Shown here piece after piece: positions 27,703 to 37,229 of a stretch of 64,000 nt of DNA (its first letter is position 1; each line of letters starts with the position of its first letter). Below the pieces are notes generated by a model. It was given only the letters and a program-made list of their open reading frames with translations, ran no database searches and was not told the origin of the DNA. The stretch comes from an uncultured Acidobacteriota bacterium. GTDB taxonomy: Bacteria > Acidobacteriota > Vicinamibacteria > Vicinamibacterales > UBA2999. The translations under genes were made by a program, and so were the position numbers. The DNA lies in NCBI GenBank assembly GCA_963735875.1, contig CAVTMO010000017.1, positions 548,040 through 612,039 on the forward strand, in the 5' to 3' direction.

Positions 27703-30666
27703 ATGAGAACTCCAGTGAGTGCCATCTTCGTGGCTCTCTGGCTCGCCCTGATGGGTTCAGCGTCTGCGCAGGAGACGACCGGGACCCTCACGGGCAAGCT
27801 GACCGATGGTCAGGGCCTCGCCCTTCCCGGGGTGACCGTGACCGTCACCGGCCCGCAGGGTGCCCGGTCGTTCGTCACCGACGGCGAGGGCCTGTTCCGG
27901 GCTCCGTTCCTCGTCCCCGGCGCCTATGACGTGCGCGCCGAGCTCCAGGGTTTCAAGGCCGTCGAACAGAAGGCGGTTCCCGTCAGCCTCGGCCAGACCA
28001 CGTCGGTCACGCTGAGGCTCGAAGTCGGCGGCATCACCGAGACGGTCTCGGTGACCGGCTCGTCGACCATCGTCAACACGTCGTCGACCACGACCGGTGC
28101 TGTGCTGTCGAGCGAGATGCTGGCCACCATCCCCGTGGGCCGGCGTTTCACCGACACACTGTATCTGGCGCCGGGCGTGAGCAGCGGCGGCTCGGTAGGC
28201 CGCGCCAACCCGTCGGTGTCGGGCGGCTCGGGCCTCGACAACCTCTACGTCGTCGACGGCGTCAACGTGACCAACACCGGCTACGGCGCCGTCGGGTCCT
28301 ACTCGATCATCTTCGGCTCGCTCGGCACTGCCACCCCCTTCGACTTCATCAAGGAGATCCAGATCAAGACCGGTGGCTACGAGGCCGAATACGGCCAGTC
28401 GATGGGCGGCGTGGTGAACGTCGTGACCAAGAGCGGCACCAACCAGCTGCGCGGATCGCTGTTCGGCTACTCCCAGACCGACGCGATGGAGGCGGAGTGG
28501 AAGACGTTCCAGTCGGCCAACGGCACCGTGAACACCGTGGGCACCGGCCGTTCCGACGTCGGCATGGAAGGCGGCTTCCCGCTGCTCCGCAACCGCCTGT
28601 TCTTCTTCGGTGCGATCAACCCGGCCTGGGAGAAGCGGACTTTCATCGCGCCCGACGGCTTCCCGCTGCAGAGCCTGGGCGAAGTCGATCGCGAGCGGAT
28701 GTCGCTGTCCTACTCCAGCAAGGCCACCTGGCAGGCGGCCTCGGCGCATCGCTTCGATGTGTCGGTATTCGGCGATCCGGCCAAGGGCGACCTGGGGCCG
28801 CAGCGCACCTCGTCGCTGCTGGTCACCGACCGGTCGTCGTTCAGCGAGCTCGATTACGGCGGCCACAACCAGACGCTGCGCTACGACGGCGTCCTGTCGC
28901 CGAACCTCCTCCTGGAAGCCAGCGCTTCCCACGCCTTCAACAAGATCGCGGAGACGCCGTCGGTCGACGCCTGGCGCGTCACCGACACGACGGTGGTGCC
29001 CAACATCATCACCGGCGGCATCGGCACCTACGAGAAGGGCAACGAGAGCAGGAACTACCAGTACGTGGCCAAGGCCACCTGGGTGGCCGGCGGGCACCAG
29101 GTGAAGATCGGCGGCCTGTTCGAGGACGTCGAGTACGCCCAGGTCAACCAGCTCACCGGCCCGACGTTCACCGCCGCGACCGGCCAGCAGACCGAAACCG
29201 GGGCGTCGGTCAGCATCATCGCCGATCCGACCCTCGGCCGGATCTACCGGGTGACCCGCGCCAACTTCAACTCGGCACGCACGACCAGGCAGGACTACTG
29301 GTCGCTGTTCCTCCAGGACACCTGGCGGGTCAACGATCGCCTCACCATCAACCCGGGCGTCCGCTACGAGCAGCAGACGCTGCGCGGCACCTTCGAGACG
29401 CTGACCACCCTCGACGGCGAGGAGCTCAGTGACTTCCCGCTGAAGAACAACTGGGCGCCGCGCATCGGCGTCGTCTACGACGTGCTGGGCAACGGCCGGA
29501 GCAAGATCTACGGCAACTACGGCCGCTACTACGCGCGCATCCCCAACGACCTGGCGGCGCGGGCGCTGTCGGGCGATGCCGGCTTCACCCGCGGCGACTA
29601 CTACGACGCCAACCTGACGCAGCCGATTCCCAACGGCGTGCTGGCCGGCGGCCAGACCAATCACTACGTCGTCGCCGGCCTGTTCGCCGACCAGATCGAT
29701 GCCGACGCCAAGCTCTCCTACCAGGACGAGTTCGTCGCCGGCTTCGAGTACGAGGCGTTTGCGAACACCAACGTCGGCGTCCGCTACATCCACCGCAACG
29801 TCGGCCGCGTGCTCGAAGACATCGCCGACGCCCCGGCGGTGGCCTACGACCTGGGCCTGCCCGGCCTCGGCTCGGTCGAGTACATCCTGACCAACCCCGA
29901 CTCCAGCTTCCCCACCCGGTATCCGGAGCTGGGTGCGGCCTTCGAGGATCCCAAGCACGTCTACGATGCGGTGGAGTTCACCGTCGACCGCCGCTTCTCC
30001 AACAACTGGTCGATGATGGCCAGCTACCGCTGGTCGCGGCTGTTCGGCACCTTCGAGGGCTTCTATCGCGAGGACAACGGCCAGTCGGACCCGGGGATCA
30101 CGTCGCTCTACGACTTCCCGACCAACGACCCGTCGTTCACCGCCATCGGCGGCACGCAGTTCGGCTACCAGGGCGACATCCGCTTCCTGGGCGCGCTCGG
30201 CGAGGGCCCACTGCCTCTCGACCGGCCGCACCAGGTGAAGGTGTCCGGCTCCTACGCCTTCAACATGGGGCTGTCGTTCGGCGCCGGCCTCAACCTGTCG
30301 TCGGGCAAGCCGCTCACGGCGCTGGCGGCGCTGGCGGCCTACGACAACGACAGCGAGATCCCGCTGACCCCGCGCGGCGAGGGCTTCGAGACCTTCGAAG
30401 GGTTCCAGGAGCGGACGCCGTTCGAGACCCAGCTCGATCTGCAAGCCAGCTACGCGCTGACCATGGGCGGGCGCAAGCTGACGCTGCTGGCCGATGCCTT
30501 CAACGTGTTCAACCTGCGCCGCGTCACCGACTACAACGCGGCGGTGGAGTACCCGAGCTTCGGCGTGACCAACCCCGACTTCGGGACGCCGACCTCGGCC
30601 AACGTCTCAGGCCAGATGTACCAAGCGCCATTCCAACTGCGTGTCGGCGCCCGTTTCGCCTGGTAG
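27703..30666 (+). CDS. TonB-dependent receptor-like outer-membrane protein with carboxypeptidase-regulatory-like domain (intact)
   Basis: Signal peptide MRTPVSAIFVALWLALMGSASAQ. GTLTGKLTDGQGLALPGVTVTVTGPQG...GLFRAPFLVPGAYDV. Plug-like DNLYVVDGVNVTN. C-terminal LRVGARFAW. Confidence 0.85.
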   Translation: MRTPVSAIFVALWLALMGSASAQETTGTLTGKLTDGQGLALPGVTVTVTGPQGARSFVTDGEGLFRAPFLVPGAYDVRAELQGFKAVEQKAVPVSLGQTTSVTLRLEVGGITETVSVTGSSTIVNTSSTTTGAVLSSEMLATIPVGRRFTDTLYLAPGVSSGGSVGRANPSVSGGSGLDNLYVVDGVNVTNTGYGAVGSYSIIFGSLGTATPFDFIKEIQIKTGGYEAEYGQSMGGVVNVVTKSGTNQLRGSLFGYSQTDAMEAEWKTFQSANGTVNTVGTGRSDVGMEGGFPLLRNRLFFFGAINPAWEKRTFIAPDGFPLQSLGEVDRERMSLSYSSKATWQAASAHRFDVSVFGDPAKGDLGPQRTSSLLVTDRSSFSELDYGGHNQTLRYDGVLSPNLLLEASASHAFNKIAETPSVDAWRVTDTTVVPNIITGGIGTYEKGNESRNYQYVAKATWVAGGHQVKIGGLFEDVEYAQVNQLTGPTFTAATGQQTETGASVSIIADPTLGRIYRVTRANFNSARTTRQDYWSLFLQDTWRVNDRLTINPGVRYEQQTLRGTFETLTTLDGEELSDFPLKNNWAPRIGVVYDVLGNGRSKIYGNYGRYYARIPNDLAARALSGDAGFTRGDYYDANLTQPIPNGVLAGGQTNHYVVAGLFADQIDADAKLSYQDEFVAGFEYEAFANTNVGVRYIHRNVGRVLEDIADAPAVAYDLGLPGLGSVEYILTNPDSSFPTRYPELGAAFEDPKHVYDAVEFTVDRRFSNNWSMMASYRWSRLFGTFEGFYREDNGQSDPGITSLYDFPTNDPSFTAIGGTQFGYQGDIRFLGALGEGPLPLDRPHQVKVSGSYAFNMGLSFGAGLNLSSGKPLTALAALAAYDNDSEIPLTPRGEGFETFEGFQERTPFETQLDLQASYALTMGGRKLTLLADAFNVFNLRRVTDYNAAVEYPSFGVTNPDFGTPTSANVSGQMYQAPFQLRVGARFAW

Positions 30667-30690
30667 TCACCGACGTCGGTAAAGGGAGAG

Positions 30691-30719
30691 GGGGCCGGCT
30701 GTCAGCCGGCCCCTTTTCT
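30691..30719 (+). terminator. rho-independent terminator
   Basis: ggggccggc / gccggcccc 9-bp stem, loop tgtca, followed by TTTTCTTTG. Located 25 nt after the stop at 30666. Confidence 0.75.
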
Positions 30720-31133
30720 TTGTCGCGCGGCCCAGGCAGGATGCTGCCGGGAGCCGTCACGACTGCCGTCGGCAACGCCCTGTTGCCGCCTTGCCTGCCT
30801 TCGCGGCCGCCGCGTTCAGCAGCCCGGCGGCGCTCGCCGCGGGACCTGCCTCGGACGCCGGCCGGCGCGCGCCGCGCTCGGCCGGTGGATGCCGGCGACG
30901 AGGCTGAGGGGGCGAGCTTCCGCGTGAACCCGCGCCTCGAGGACGACATCCGGCGCCTGCCGGAGTGACGCGCCGTTCGCGCGCCGTGCCACTGCGAGTG
31001 ACGCTGAATGTCGCTCCCGGACCACGACCGGACTACGCTCGGCTGAAAAATCGCAGGAATCCCCAGGAAAATCGTGAAAACACCCACTGGCTGCTGATTG
31101 GCCCGCTTCTTGTAATTGGCAGGGACAACGATC

Positions 31134-31499
31134 ATGCGCAACACCACGACATCCCGCACACGGCGCGTAATGGTGGTCGGCGGCGGCCCCGACGTGCTGC
31201 CCCGGGTGGAGCCCCTGCTCCCGGCCGGCGGCTACGAGGTGGAGTTCGTGGCGTTCGACCAGGAGCCGTACGGGTGCATCACCGACGCCCCGCCCGATCT
31301 CCTCGTCGTCTGCCTGCGCATCGAGGACGCCGCAGGGTTTCAGTTCCTGAGCATGCTGCATATGGATCCGGTGACGCGACACCTGCCGGTGCTGACCTAC
31401 ACGACGGAGACCGAGGGACAGCTGCTGCCGGGTGCGGACGACGTCACGACGCGCCGTTTCACATCACGGCGCACCGCACACAGGCTGGCGCGGCACTGA
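31134..31499 (+). CDS. receiver-like (pseudo-receiver) domain protein lacking the phospho-acceptor aspartate
   Basis: REC-like beta-alpha pattern RRVMVVGGGPD...PDLLVVCLRIEDAAGFQFLSML..DPVTRHLPVLTYT...GADDV. The acidic pair is replaced by GG and the acceptor Asp by Cys. Start is ATG 31134 (or TTG 31116). Confidence 0.55.
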   Translation: MRNTTTSRTRRVMVVGGGPDVLPRVEPLLPAGGYEVEFVAFDQEPYGCITDAPPDLLVVCLRIEDAAGFQFLSMLHMDPVTRHLPVLTYTTETEGQLLPGADDVTTRRFTSRRTAHRLARH

Positions 31500-31521
31500 T
31501 GCTATAGTCGAGCGTCACCGG

Positions 31522-31872
31522 ATGAACGACGATCATCGCCGTGCGCACGAGCGCCACGACTTGCCCGGCCACGTGCCCGGCGAGGTGAAGATCTATCATT
31601 CGATGGCCATCCGCCAGTTGAGCGAAGGCGGTGCGCTCATCGAAATCGGCGTGCCGCTGCAGCTCGACTCCCTGCACGACTTCCGCCTCTCGCTCGGCGA
31701 GCGCTCGGTGGTGGTGAAGGCGCGCGTCGTGCACTCGCGGATCAGCAACGTGGGCTCGGACCGGGTCACCTACCGCACCGGCATCGAATTCGTCGACCTC
31801 TCGGAGCCGGTGATGCAAGCCATCGCCGGTTTCGTCGAAGCGCTCGGCGCCGAGCGGCTCGAGAAGCCGTAG
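31522..31872 (+). CDS. PilZ domain protein
   Basis: ATG 31522. RRAHER (RxxxR) and QLSEGG (D/N-x-S-x-x-G-like) motifs, then a beta-barrel-like VVVKARVVHS...YRTGIEFVDLSE. Confidence 0.7.
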   Translation: MNDDHRRAHERHDLPGHVPGEVKIYHSMAIRQLSEGGALIEIGVPLQLDSLHDFRLSLGERSVVVKARVVHSRISNVGSDRVTYRTGIEFVDLSEPVMQAIAGFVEALGAERLEKP

Positions 31873-31919
31873 GGCGGCTCGTCAGAGCCGCCACCGGCGG
31901 AGCTGAAGCTTCGCCCTAC
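31869..31919. repeat. REP-like double-hairpin element (GTAGGGCGG...CCGCCCTAC), copy 1
   Basis: gtagggcggctcgtcagagccgcc-acc-ggcggagctgaagcttcgccctac. Each half is itself a hairpin and the halves are inverted. The element starts in the TAG stop of the PilZ gene. Same design as 52901..52952. Confidence 0.75.
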
Positions 31920-31936
31920 TGAACCCGTACACGACA

Positions 31937-31960
31937 ACGGCCGGCCTCACGGCCGGCCGT
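31937..31960 (-). terminator. GC hairpin, probable terminator of the minus-strand gene 31982..32977
   Basis: acggccggcc / ggccggccgt perfect 10-bp stem, loop tcac. On the minus strand it is followed by TGTCGTGT. Confidence 0.45.
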
Positions 31961-31981
31961 CGCGAGCCCGTCGTCGTCGGC

Positions 31982-32977
31982 TCACCGCGGCGCGTCGTCG
32001 TTTCCCCGCCGCGTGCCGCTCTTCTGGCGCATCGCCTCGAGCGCGTCGAACACCTCGCTCGGCACGGCAAACGCCACCGCCACCGTCCGGCCCTCGCCGC
32101 CCAGTTGCAGCGAGTCGGCCATCGTCTTCAGCGCCGGGTTGTCGCCGGACTGCAGCTTCACCATGGCGACCACCCCGCGCAGCATGTCGCGCAGGTTGGC
32201 CGCCGCCTCGTCGTCCTTGGCCTCGGCCTTGATCGTCCCCGACACGCCGCCGTTCAGGTGCCCGGCGGCCGAGAACCACGACAGGGTCGGGATTCGCTGA
32301 TTCAGGCCGTCGGGCAGGTCGGCCTGGTTGGCCAGGGTATCGAATCGGCCTACCGCCCAGGCGTTGCTGGCATCGAGGTCGTTGACCAGCCGCATGAGGT
32401 CGGTGTTCGACAGCACGCTCCGGCCGCTGCGCTTGGCGTCGATGGCGGCGCGCACCGCCGCGGCCGAGCCCACGGCCAGGACGCCCGGCTCGAGGAAGCC
32501 CAACGCCACCGGCGTGTCGCCATCCGAGTGGGTCAGCACCCGTACCCCCTGGTAGTCGGTGGCCTGGCCGCCGTGGTCGCGCGCCAGCCCCTCGATCCGC
32601 ACCTGGTCGAACCGGCCGCGCGCCACCACCAGCGGCCGCTTGTCCGATTCAGCCGACCCCTTCTGGGGCAGGATCGCGCCGACGACGCTGTCGATGTCGG
32701 TTTCGATGTTCACGCCGGTCTTCGCTTGGAAGTCGTCGCGCTCGCGGGTGTCGGGCTCGAGTTTGCGCAGGCGCTGGCGCAGCTCCGAGGCCATCACCTC
32801 CTGCACGTTGGCGTAGCCGACCGCCGTGGCCTCGGCTGGGACGTATTCGAGCTCGGCCGGGCCGGCCGCCCGGGAAAGCGCCACCGGCAGGCCGAGCGAG
32901 GCCACCAGTCCGGTGGTCAGGCCGACGGCCAGGATGCCGCCCGCCCCCAGGACGAAGGTCCGCGTCTTCTTCGTCAT
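31982..32977 (-). CDS. hypothetical membrane-anchored periplasmic protein, last gene of the double ABC cluster
   Basis: 331 aa. N-terminal TM anchor FVLGAGGILAVGLTTGLVASLGL. No recognised catalytic motif. Confidence 0.55.
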   Translation of the reverse strand: MTKKTRTFVLGAGGILAVGLTTGLVASLGLPVALSRAAGPAELEYVPAEATAVGYANVQEVMASELRQRLRKLEPDTRERDDFQAKTGVNIETDIDSVVGAILPQKGSAESDKRPLVVARGRFDQVRIEGLARDHGGQATDYQGVRVLTHSDGDTPVALGFLEPGVLAVGSAAAVRAAIDAKRSGRSVLSNTDLMRLVNDLDASNAWAVGRFDTLANQADLPDGLNQRIPTLSWFSAAGHLNGGVSGTIKAEAKDDEAAANLRDMLRGVVAMVKLQSGDNPALKTMADSLQLGGEGRTVAVAFAVPSEVFDALEAMRQKSGTRRGNDDAPR

Positions 32978-33044
32978 CGATAGTCCCCCTGGCGAAGTAT
33001 ACGGATCAGTTTGCCTCGAAGTTCGGTGGCCTGCACGTTCGAGT

Positions 33045-33882
33045 CTACTGCTCCAGCACGTATTCCCGGCGGGTTACCATCCGCGTCGCCAGCCAGAGAA
33101 ACACGGCCAGGATGCCCAGGAGCGCCGCCACCGACGTCGTGGCGCCGGGGGCCTCCCGGAAGAAGCTCTGCAGGACGCTCAGCGCGTTGTCACTCGGCAG
33201 GGCGTGCGGGACCAGGCCCTGGAGGTAGTGCGCCACCGTGAACCGCCGCACATACCCGGGCAGGGCCATAGCCACCTGCTCCCAGCCGAAGGCGAACACC
33301 AGCCCGACCACCAGCGGCCGCTTCAGCCAGGTGCCGACGAAAGCGAACACCGCGCCGTAGACGGCCAGGCCGAGCGCCAGGATCACCAGGTCGAGCACCA
33401 GCGATCGGAAGGTGCCGCCCGACCTCGGCGAAGGGCACCACCAGGAAGTAGGTGAGCATCACCGACGGCAGGACCACCAGCGACGTGCAGGCCAGGTAGG
33501 CCAGGTACTTGCCGAGCAGGACGGCGCCGCGCGGAATCGGCCGGGTGAAGAGATAGGTCAGCGTCTTGTCCTCGACTTCGTCGGCCAGCAGCGCCGTGCC
33601 GTAGAAGACGCCGAGCATGGGCACGATGAAGCGGATGTAGAGCATCCACATCATCACGCCGAAGATGCTCGATCCGGCCACCCGGGTGCCGTTGACGCGC
33701 AGCGCCGGCATGCCGAGCGACTCGACGATCTTGAAGACGAGGGCGAGGATGACCGGCCCGCCGACGACCAGGGCCATGAAGATGGTGCGCCGCGACCACA
33801 ACATCTCGCCGAACGACAGATCGAACACCCGCCGGGCGGCGGCGAAGAGCGACGGCGGCGGCACGCGGGAGCGTGCGGTCAC
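33045..33882 (-). pseudogene. ABC-2 type transporter permease, one frame break at about 33417
   Basis: GTG 33882 overlaps the upstream TGA (GTGA). ...VVPFAEVG continues as GTFRSLVLDLVILALGLAVYGAVFAFVG... (ORF 33045..33398). Confidence 0.7.
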
Positions 33883-34808
33883 TGCCGCACCAGGTACTTG
33901 AACACGGCCTGCAGGTTGTCGTCGGGCGAGGTCACTTCGGCGATCGCGCCCGCTTCCCGCGAGGCCGCCAGCTGCGTCAGCGTCTGGTAGAAGGCGTCGG
34001 GCTGCCGGGTCTCGATGACCAGCGCTCCGGGCTCGAAGGCGAGGCTCATCACGCCGTCGTCGGCGAGCAGCCGGTGCGCCAGCGCCCGCGGATCGTCGGC
34101 GCGCACGTGCACGGTGTGCGGGTGGGTGTCGATGAGGTCGCGGATCTGGTGGACGTTGCCCTCGGCGACGATCCGCCCGTTGTTGATGAGCAGGATGTTC
34201 GAGGTCATCGCCTCGATCTCGTGCAGGATGTGGCTCGAGACGATGACGTGCTTGCCGAGCCGCGCCCAGTCCTTGATCAGCCGGATGGTCTTTCGCCGCT
34301 GCAGCGGGTCCATGCCGCTGAGGGGCTCGTCGAGGATCAGCACCTCGGGGTCGTGCACCAGCGCCTGGGCCAGCTTCACGCGCTGCCGCATGCCCTTGCT
34401 GTAGGCGCCGATCTTCTTGCCGCCGGCGTCGGTGAGGTCGACCTGCGCCAGGGCCCGCTCCGCCGCGGCCGACGCCTCGGCATCGGCCAGCCCGTTCAGG
34501 CGGACCAGTGCCGTGACCCATTCCAGGCCGGTCATCCGGTCGTAGAACGCATCCTGCTCGGGGCAGAAGCCGACGCGGGCGAACGCCTCCGGGGAGTCCC
34601 ACAGCGACGTGCCGAGCACCCGGATGGTGCCCTGGCTCGGCTTGAGCTGTCCGGTCATGAGCTTCATGAACGTGGACTTGCCGGCGCCGTTGGGGCCGAG
34701 CAGCCCGGTGACGCCCGGCGGGATGTCGACGGTGATGTCGTTCAGGCCGTTGACCTGTCCGTACCACTTCGACAGGTGGTCGGCCTGGACGATGGCCTCG
34801 GCGCTCAT
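33879..34808 (-). CDS. ABC transporter ATP-binding protein
   Basis: Walker A GPNGAGKST, signature YSKGMRQR, Walker B VLILDEPLSGMD. ATGA overlap with the upstream permease. Confidence 0.9.
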   Translation of the reverse strand: MSAEAIVQADHLSKWYGQVNGLNDITVDIPPGVTGLLGPNGAGKSTFMKLMTGQLKPSQGTIRVLGTSLWDSPEAFARVGFCPEQDAFYDRMTGLEWVTALVRLNGLADAEASAAAERALAQVDLTDAGGKKIGAYSKGMRQRVKLAQALVHDPEVLILDEPLSGMDPLQRRKTIRLIKDWARLGKHVIVSSHILHEIEAMTSNILLINNGRIVAEGNVHQIRDLIDTHPHTVHVRADDPRALAHRLLADDGVMSLAFEPGALVIETRQPDAFYQTLTQLAASREAGAIAEVTSPDDNLQAVFKYLVRQ

Positions 34809-35644
34809 CGCACCACCTCGACGGCGCGCACCCGGCGCTCCAGCACCAGCAGCGACCCGGCAATCAGCCCGACGACCACCAGCGCCGCCGCCCACGTCGG
34901 CAGGTCGTAGCGCTGCGGCAGCCGGAACATCGCGTCCCCCAGCTGCTCCAGCGCATCGGTCGGCGACAGCCAGGCCAGCCACGAGCGGCCGGTGATGCCG
35001 CGCACGGCGTTGAAGATCGCACCGGTGAAGAAAATCAGGCCCGCATACATGATGCCGACGAAGCGGCTGCTGTTGGACAGCGACGACAACGCCAGGATCG
35101 TGCACGACGCCAGCAGCACCTGTACCAGCGAGAACAGCGTGATCGCCGGCACGAGATAGAGGTTCTGGCGCACGAACGCGAAGCTGCCGGCGAACCCGAT
35201 CTGCACCAGCAGCAGCGTCATCGCCGGCAGGAAGGTGACCAGCACCAGGAAGGCGAAGAGGATGGCCAGCTTCCCGGCCACGTACTCCCACCGGGTGAGC
35301 GGCTTGGACAGATAGAGCTGCAGGGCGTTGGCGCGGCGATCGGCGGCAATCAGCCCGGCGCCGACGTAGATGGTCACGAAGAAGACGAAGATGCCCTGCT
35401 GATCGAGGAACTCACGGAAGGTCTCGCCCTTGGGCTGGAGGAACGACGCCTGCTGGAAGTTGGAGGCGATGTAGATCTGCACCGCCCGGACCAGGAACGG
35501 TCCCCAGGCGAAGAGCAGCAGCGCCAGGAACTTGCGCTCAGCCAGCACCGTTCGGATGCCCGCGCGCGCGATCACCTGCCATGCCGCGCCGGATCGGTCG
35601 CGCTCGCCGAGGTAGCGGTGGTAGCCCTGATCGTGAATGGGCAT
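34805..35644 (-). CDS. ABC-2 type transporter permease
   Basis: 279 aa, six predicted TM segments. Starts immediately after the TAG of the upstream ATPase (TAGATG). Confidence 0.75.
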   Translation of the reverse strand: MPIHDQGYHRYLGERDRSGAAWQVIARAGIRTVLAERKFLALLLFAWGPFLVRAVQIYIASNFQQASFLQPKGETFREFLDQQGIFVFFVTIYVGAGLIAADRRANALQLYLSKPLTRWEYVAGKLAILFAFLVLVTFLPAMTLLLVQIGFAGSFAFVRQNLYLVPAITLFSLVQVLLASCTILALSSLSNSSRFVGIMYAGLIFFTGAIFNAVRGITGRSWLAWLSPTDALEQLGDAMFRLPQRYDLPTWAAALVVVGLIAGSLLVLERRVRAVEVVR

Positions 35645-36607
35645 CTACTCGGCTCCCACCGCCCGCGCGAACGCGTCTTCCAGCGTCGGCACGCTCGGAC
35701 GCAGGTGCCGCACCTGCAGGCCGTGGGCCGCCGCCATCTGGAAGATCGGCCCGGCATCGCCGTCGCCTGGCACGAACACCCGCATCACGTCGTCGTCGGT
35801 GTCGTGGCACTCGTAGCCGGCGGCCCTCAGCAGGCCGACCATGCGCTCGGCGCCGTCCTTGACCCGCAGTTCGAAGACCTGTCCCTTCGGCCCTTTCACG
35901 GCTTCGATGCTACCGTCAGCGACGACGCGCCCGCGGTCCATCACCACCACGTGGTCGCAGGTGAACTCGACGTCGGGCAGCAGGTGCGACGACAGGATGA
36001 GATTCACGCCTTTGTTGTGCGCCAGGTCGCGAATGAGCTCCAGCATCTCGTCGCGTCCCTTCGGGTCCATCCCGTTGGTCGGCTCGTCGAGGAACAGCAG
36101 GTCGGGGTCGTGGACCAGGGCCTGGGCCAGCTTGATCCGCTGCTTCATCCCGGTGGAATAGGTCTCCAGGGTGCGATAGCGCGCTTCACCGAGCCCGACG
36201 TAGTAGAGCACTTCGTGCGCGCGCTGCATCGCATCGTCCGACGGCAGGCCGGCGAGCTGCCCGCAATAGGCGACAAAGGTGACGGCGGACATGCCCGGAA
36301 TGTGGGCGTCGGTCTCGGGCATGTAGCCGATGCGGCTGCGAATCTCCAGCGGCGAGGCCGCCACGTCGAGGTCCAGAACGCGCATGTCGCCTTCAGCCGG
36401 CACCAGGAACCCGAGCAGGGCCTTGAGCAGCGTGCTCTTGCCGGCCCCATTCGGTCCGAGCAGGCCGACGGCACCCGCGGGAAAGGCGGCCGACACGTCC
36501 TTGAGCGCCCACTGCTTCCCGTAGGCGATGCTCACTGCCCGCAAGTGCACGACGGGACCAGCGGGCGCCTGGTGGGGTGGGGCGTCGGGGATGGATGGGC
36601 CGGTCAT
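35645..36607 (-). CDS. ABC transporter ATP-binding protein
   Basis: Walker A GPNGAGKST, signature YSTGMKQR, Walker B LLFLDEPTNGMD. Confidence 0.9.
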   Translation of the reverse strand: MTGPSIPDAPPHQAPAGPVVHLRAVSIAYGKQWALKDVSAAFPAGAVGLLGPNGAGKSTLLKALLGFLVPAEGDMRVLDLDVAASPLEIRSRIGYMPETDAHIPGMSAVTFVAYCGQLAGLPSDDAMQRAHEVLYYVGLGEARYRTLETYSTGMKQRIKLAQALVHDPDLLFLDEPTNGMDPKGRDEMLELIRDLAHNKGVNLILSSHLLPDVEFTCDHVVVMDRGRVVADGSIEAVKGPKGQVFELRVKDGAERMVGLLRAAGYECHDTDDDVMRVFVPGDGDAGPIFQMAAAHGLQVRHLRPSVPTLEDAFARAVGAE

Positions 36608-36646
36608 CCGCTGATCAATACGGAAAGGCGGTGGGCGGTGTTCGCC

Positions 36647-37228
36647 TCACAGCGATCCCCGCAGGCCGAGATCGTCGGCCCGCTCGCGCATGAAGCCGAT
36701 GACGTTGGTGACGTGGACGTCCAGCGGCAGACCCATCAGCTCGGCGCCGCGGCGCAGGTGCTCGCGGGGAACGGCGCGCGCAAAAGCCTTGTCCTTCATG
36801 CGCTTGATGACCGACGACGCTTCCAGGTCGAGGACGCTGCGGCTGGGCCGCACCAGTGCCGCCGCGGTCACGAAGCCCGCCAGCTCGTCGCAGGCGACCA
36901 GCGCGCGTTCGACCGGCGCCTCGGGCTGCACGCCGGTGATTTCCCACGCGTGTGACTGAATCGCCCGCATCACCCACTCCGGGTAGCCCAGCGAGCGCAG
37001 GTGCTCGCAGCCCTTGTTGGGGTGATCGCCGAGCGTGGGATAGCGCTCGTAATCGAAGTCGTGAAGCAGCGCGACCACGCCCCACTCCTCCTCGCTGGCG
37101 CTGGCGAGCCTGGCATATCCGCGCACGGCGGCTTCGACGGCAAGCGCGTGCTTGCGCAGGCTGTCGCTCGCCGTCCACTCGGTGAGCAGCGTCCAAGCGG
37201 CGCCACGGTCCAGGGTCATGCCGCTCAT
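36647..37228 (-). CDS. HD domain metal-dependent phosphohydrolase
   Basis: LRKHALAVEAAVRGYA...VVALLHDFDYE... HD motif, 193 aa. Confidence 0.75.
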   Translation of the reverse strand: MSGMTLDRGAAWTLLTEWTASDSLRKHALAVEAAVRGYARLASASEEEWGVVALLHDFDYERYPTLGDHPNKGCEHLRSLGYPEWVMRAIQSHAWEITGVQPEAPVERALVACDELAGFVTAAALVRPSRSVLDLEASSVIKRMKDKAFARAVPREHLRRGAELMGLPLDVHVTNVIGFMRERADDLGLRGSL

Positions 37229-37229
37229 C

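Noticed and set aside
36541-36600. G-tract run ggtggggtggggcgtcggggatggatggg inside the 5' end of the ABC ATPase gene
   Set aside because: It fits a quadruplex pattern on the non-coding strand. However, it lies within coding sequence (the Pro-rich N-terminus PDAPPHQAP) and lacks the heptad regularity of the intergenic arrays. Probably a compositional by-product.
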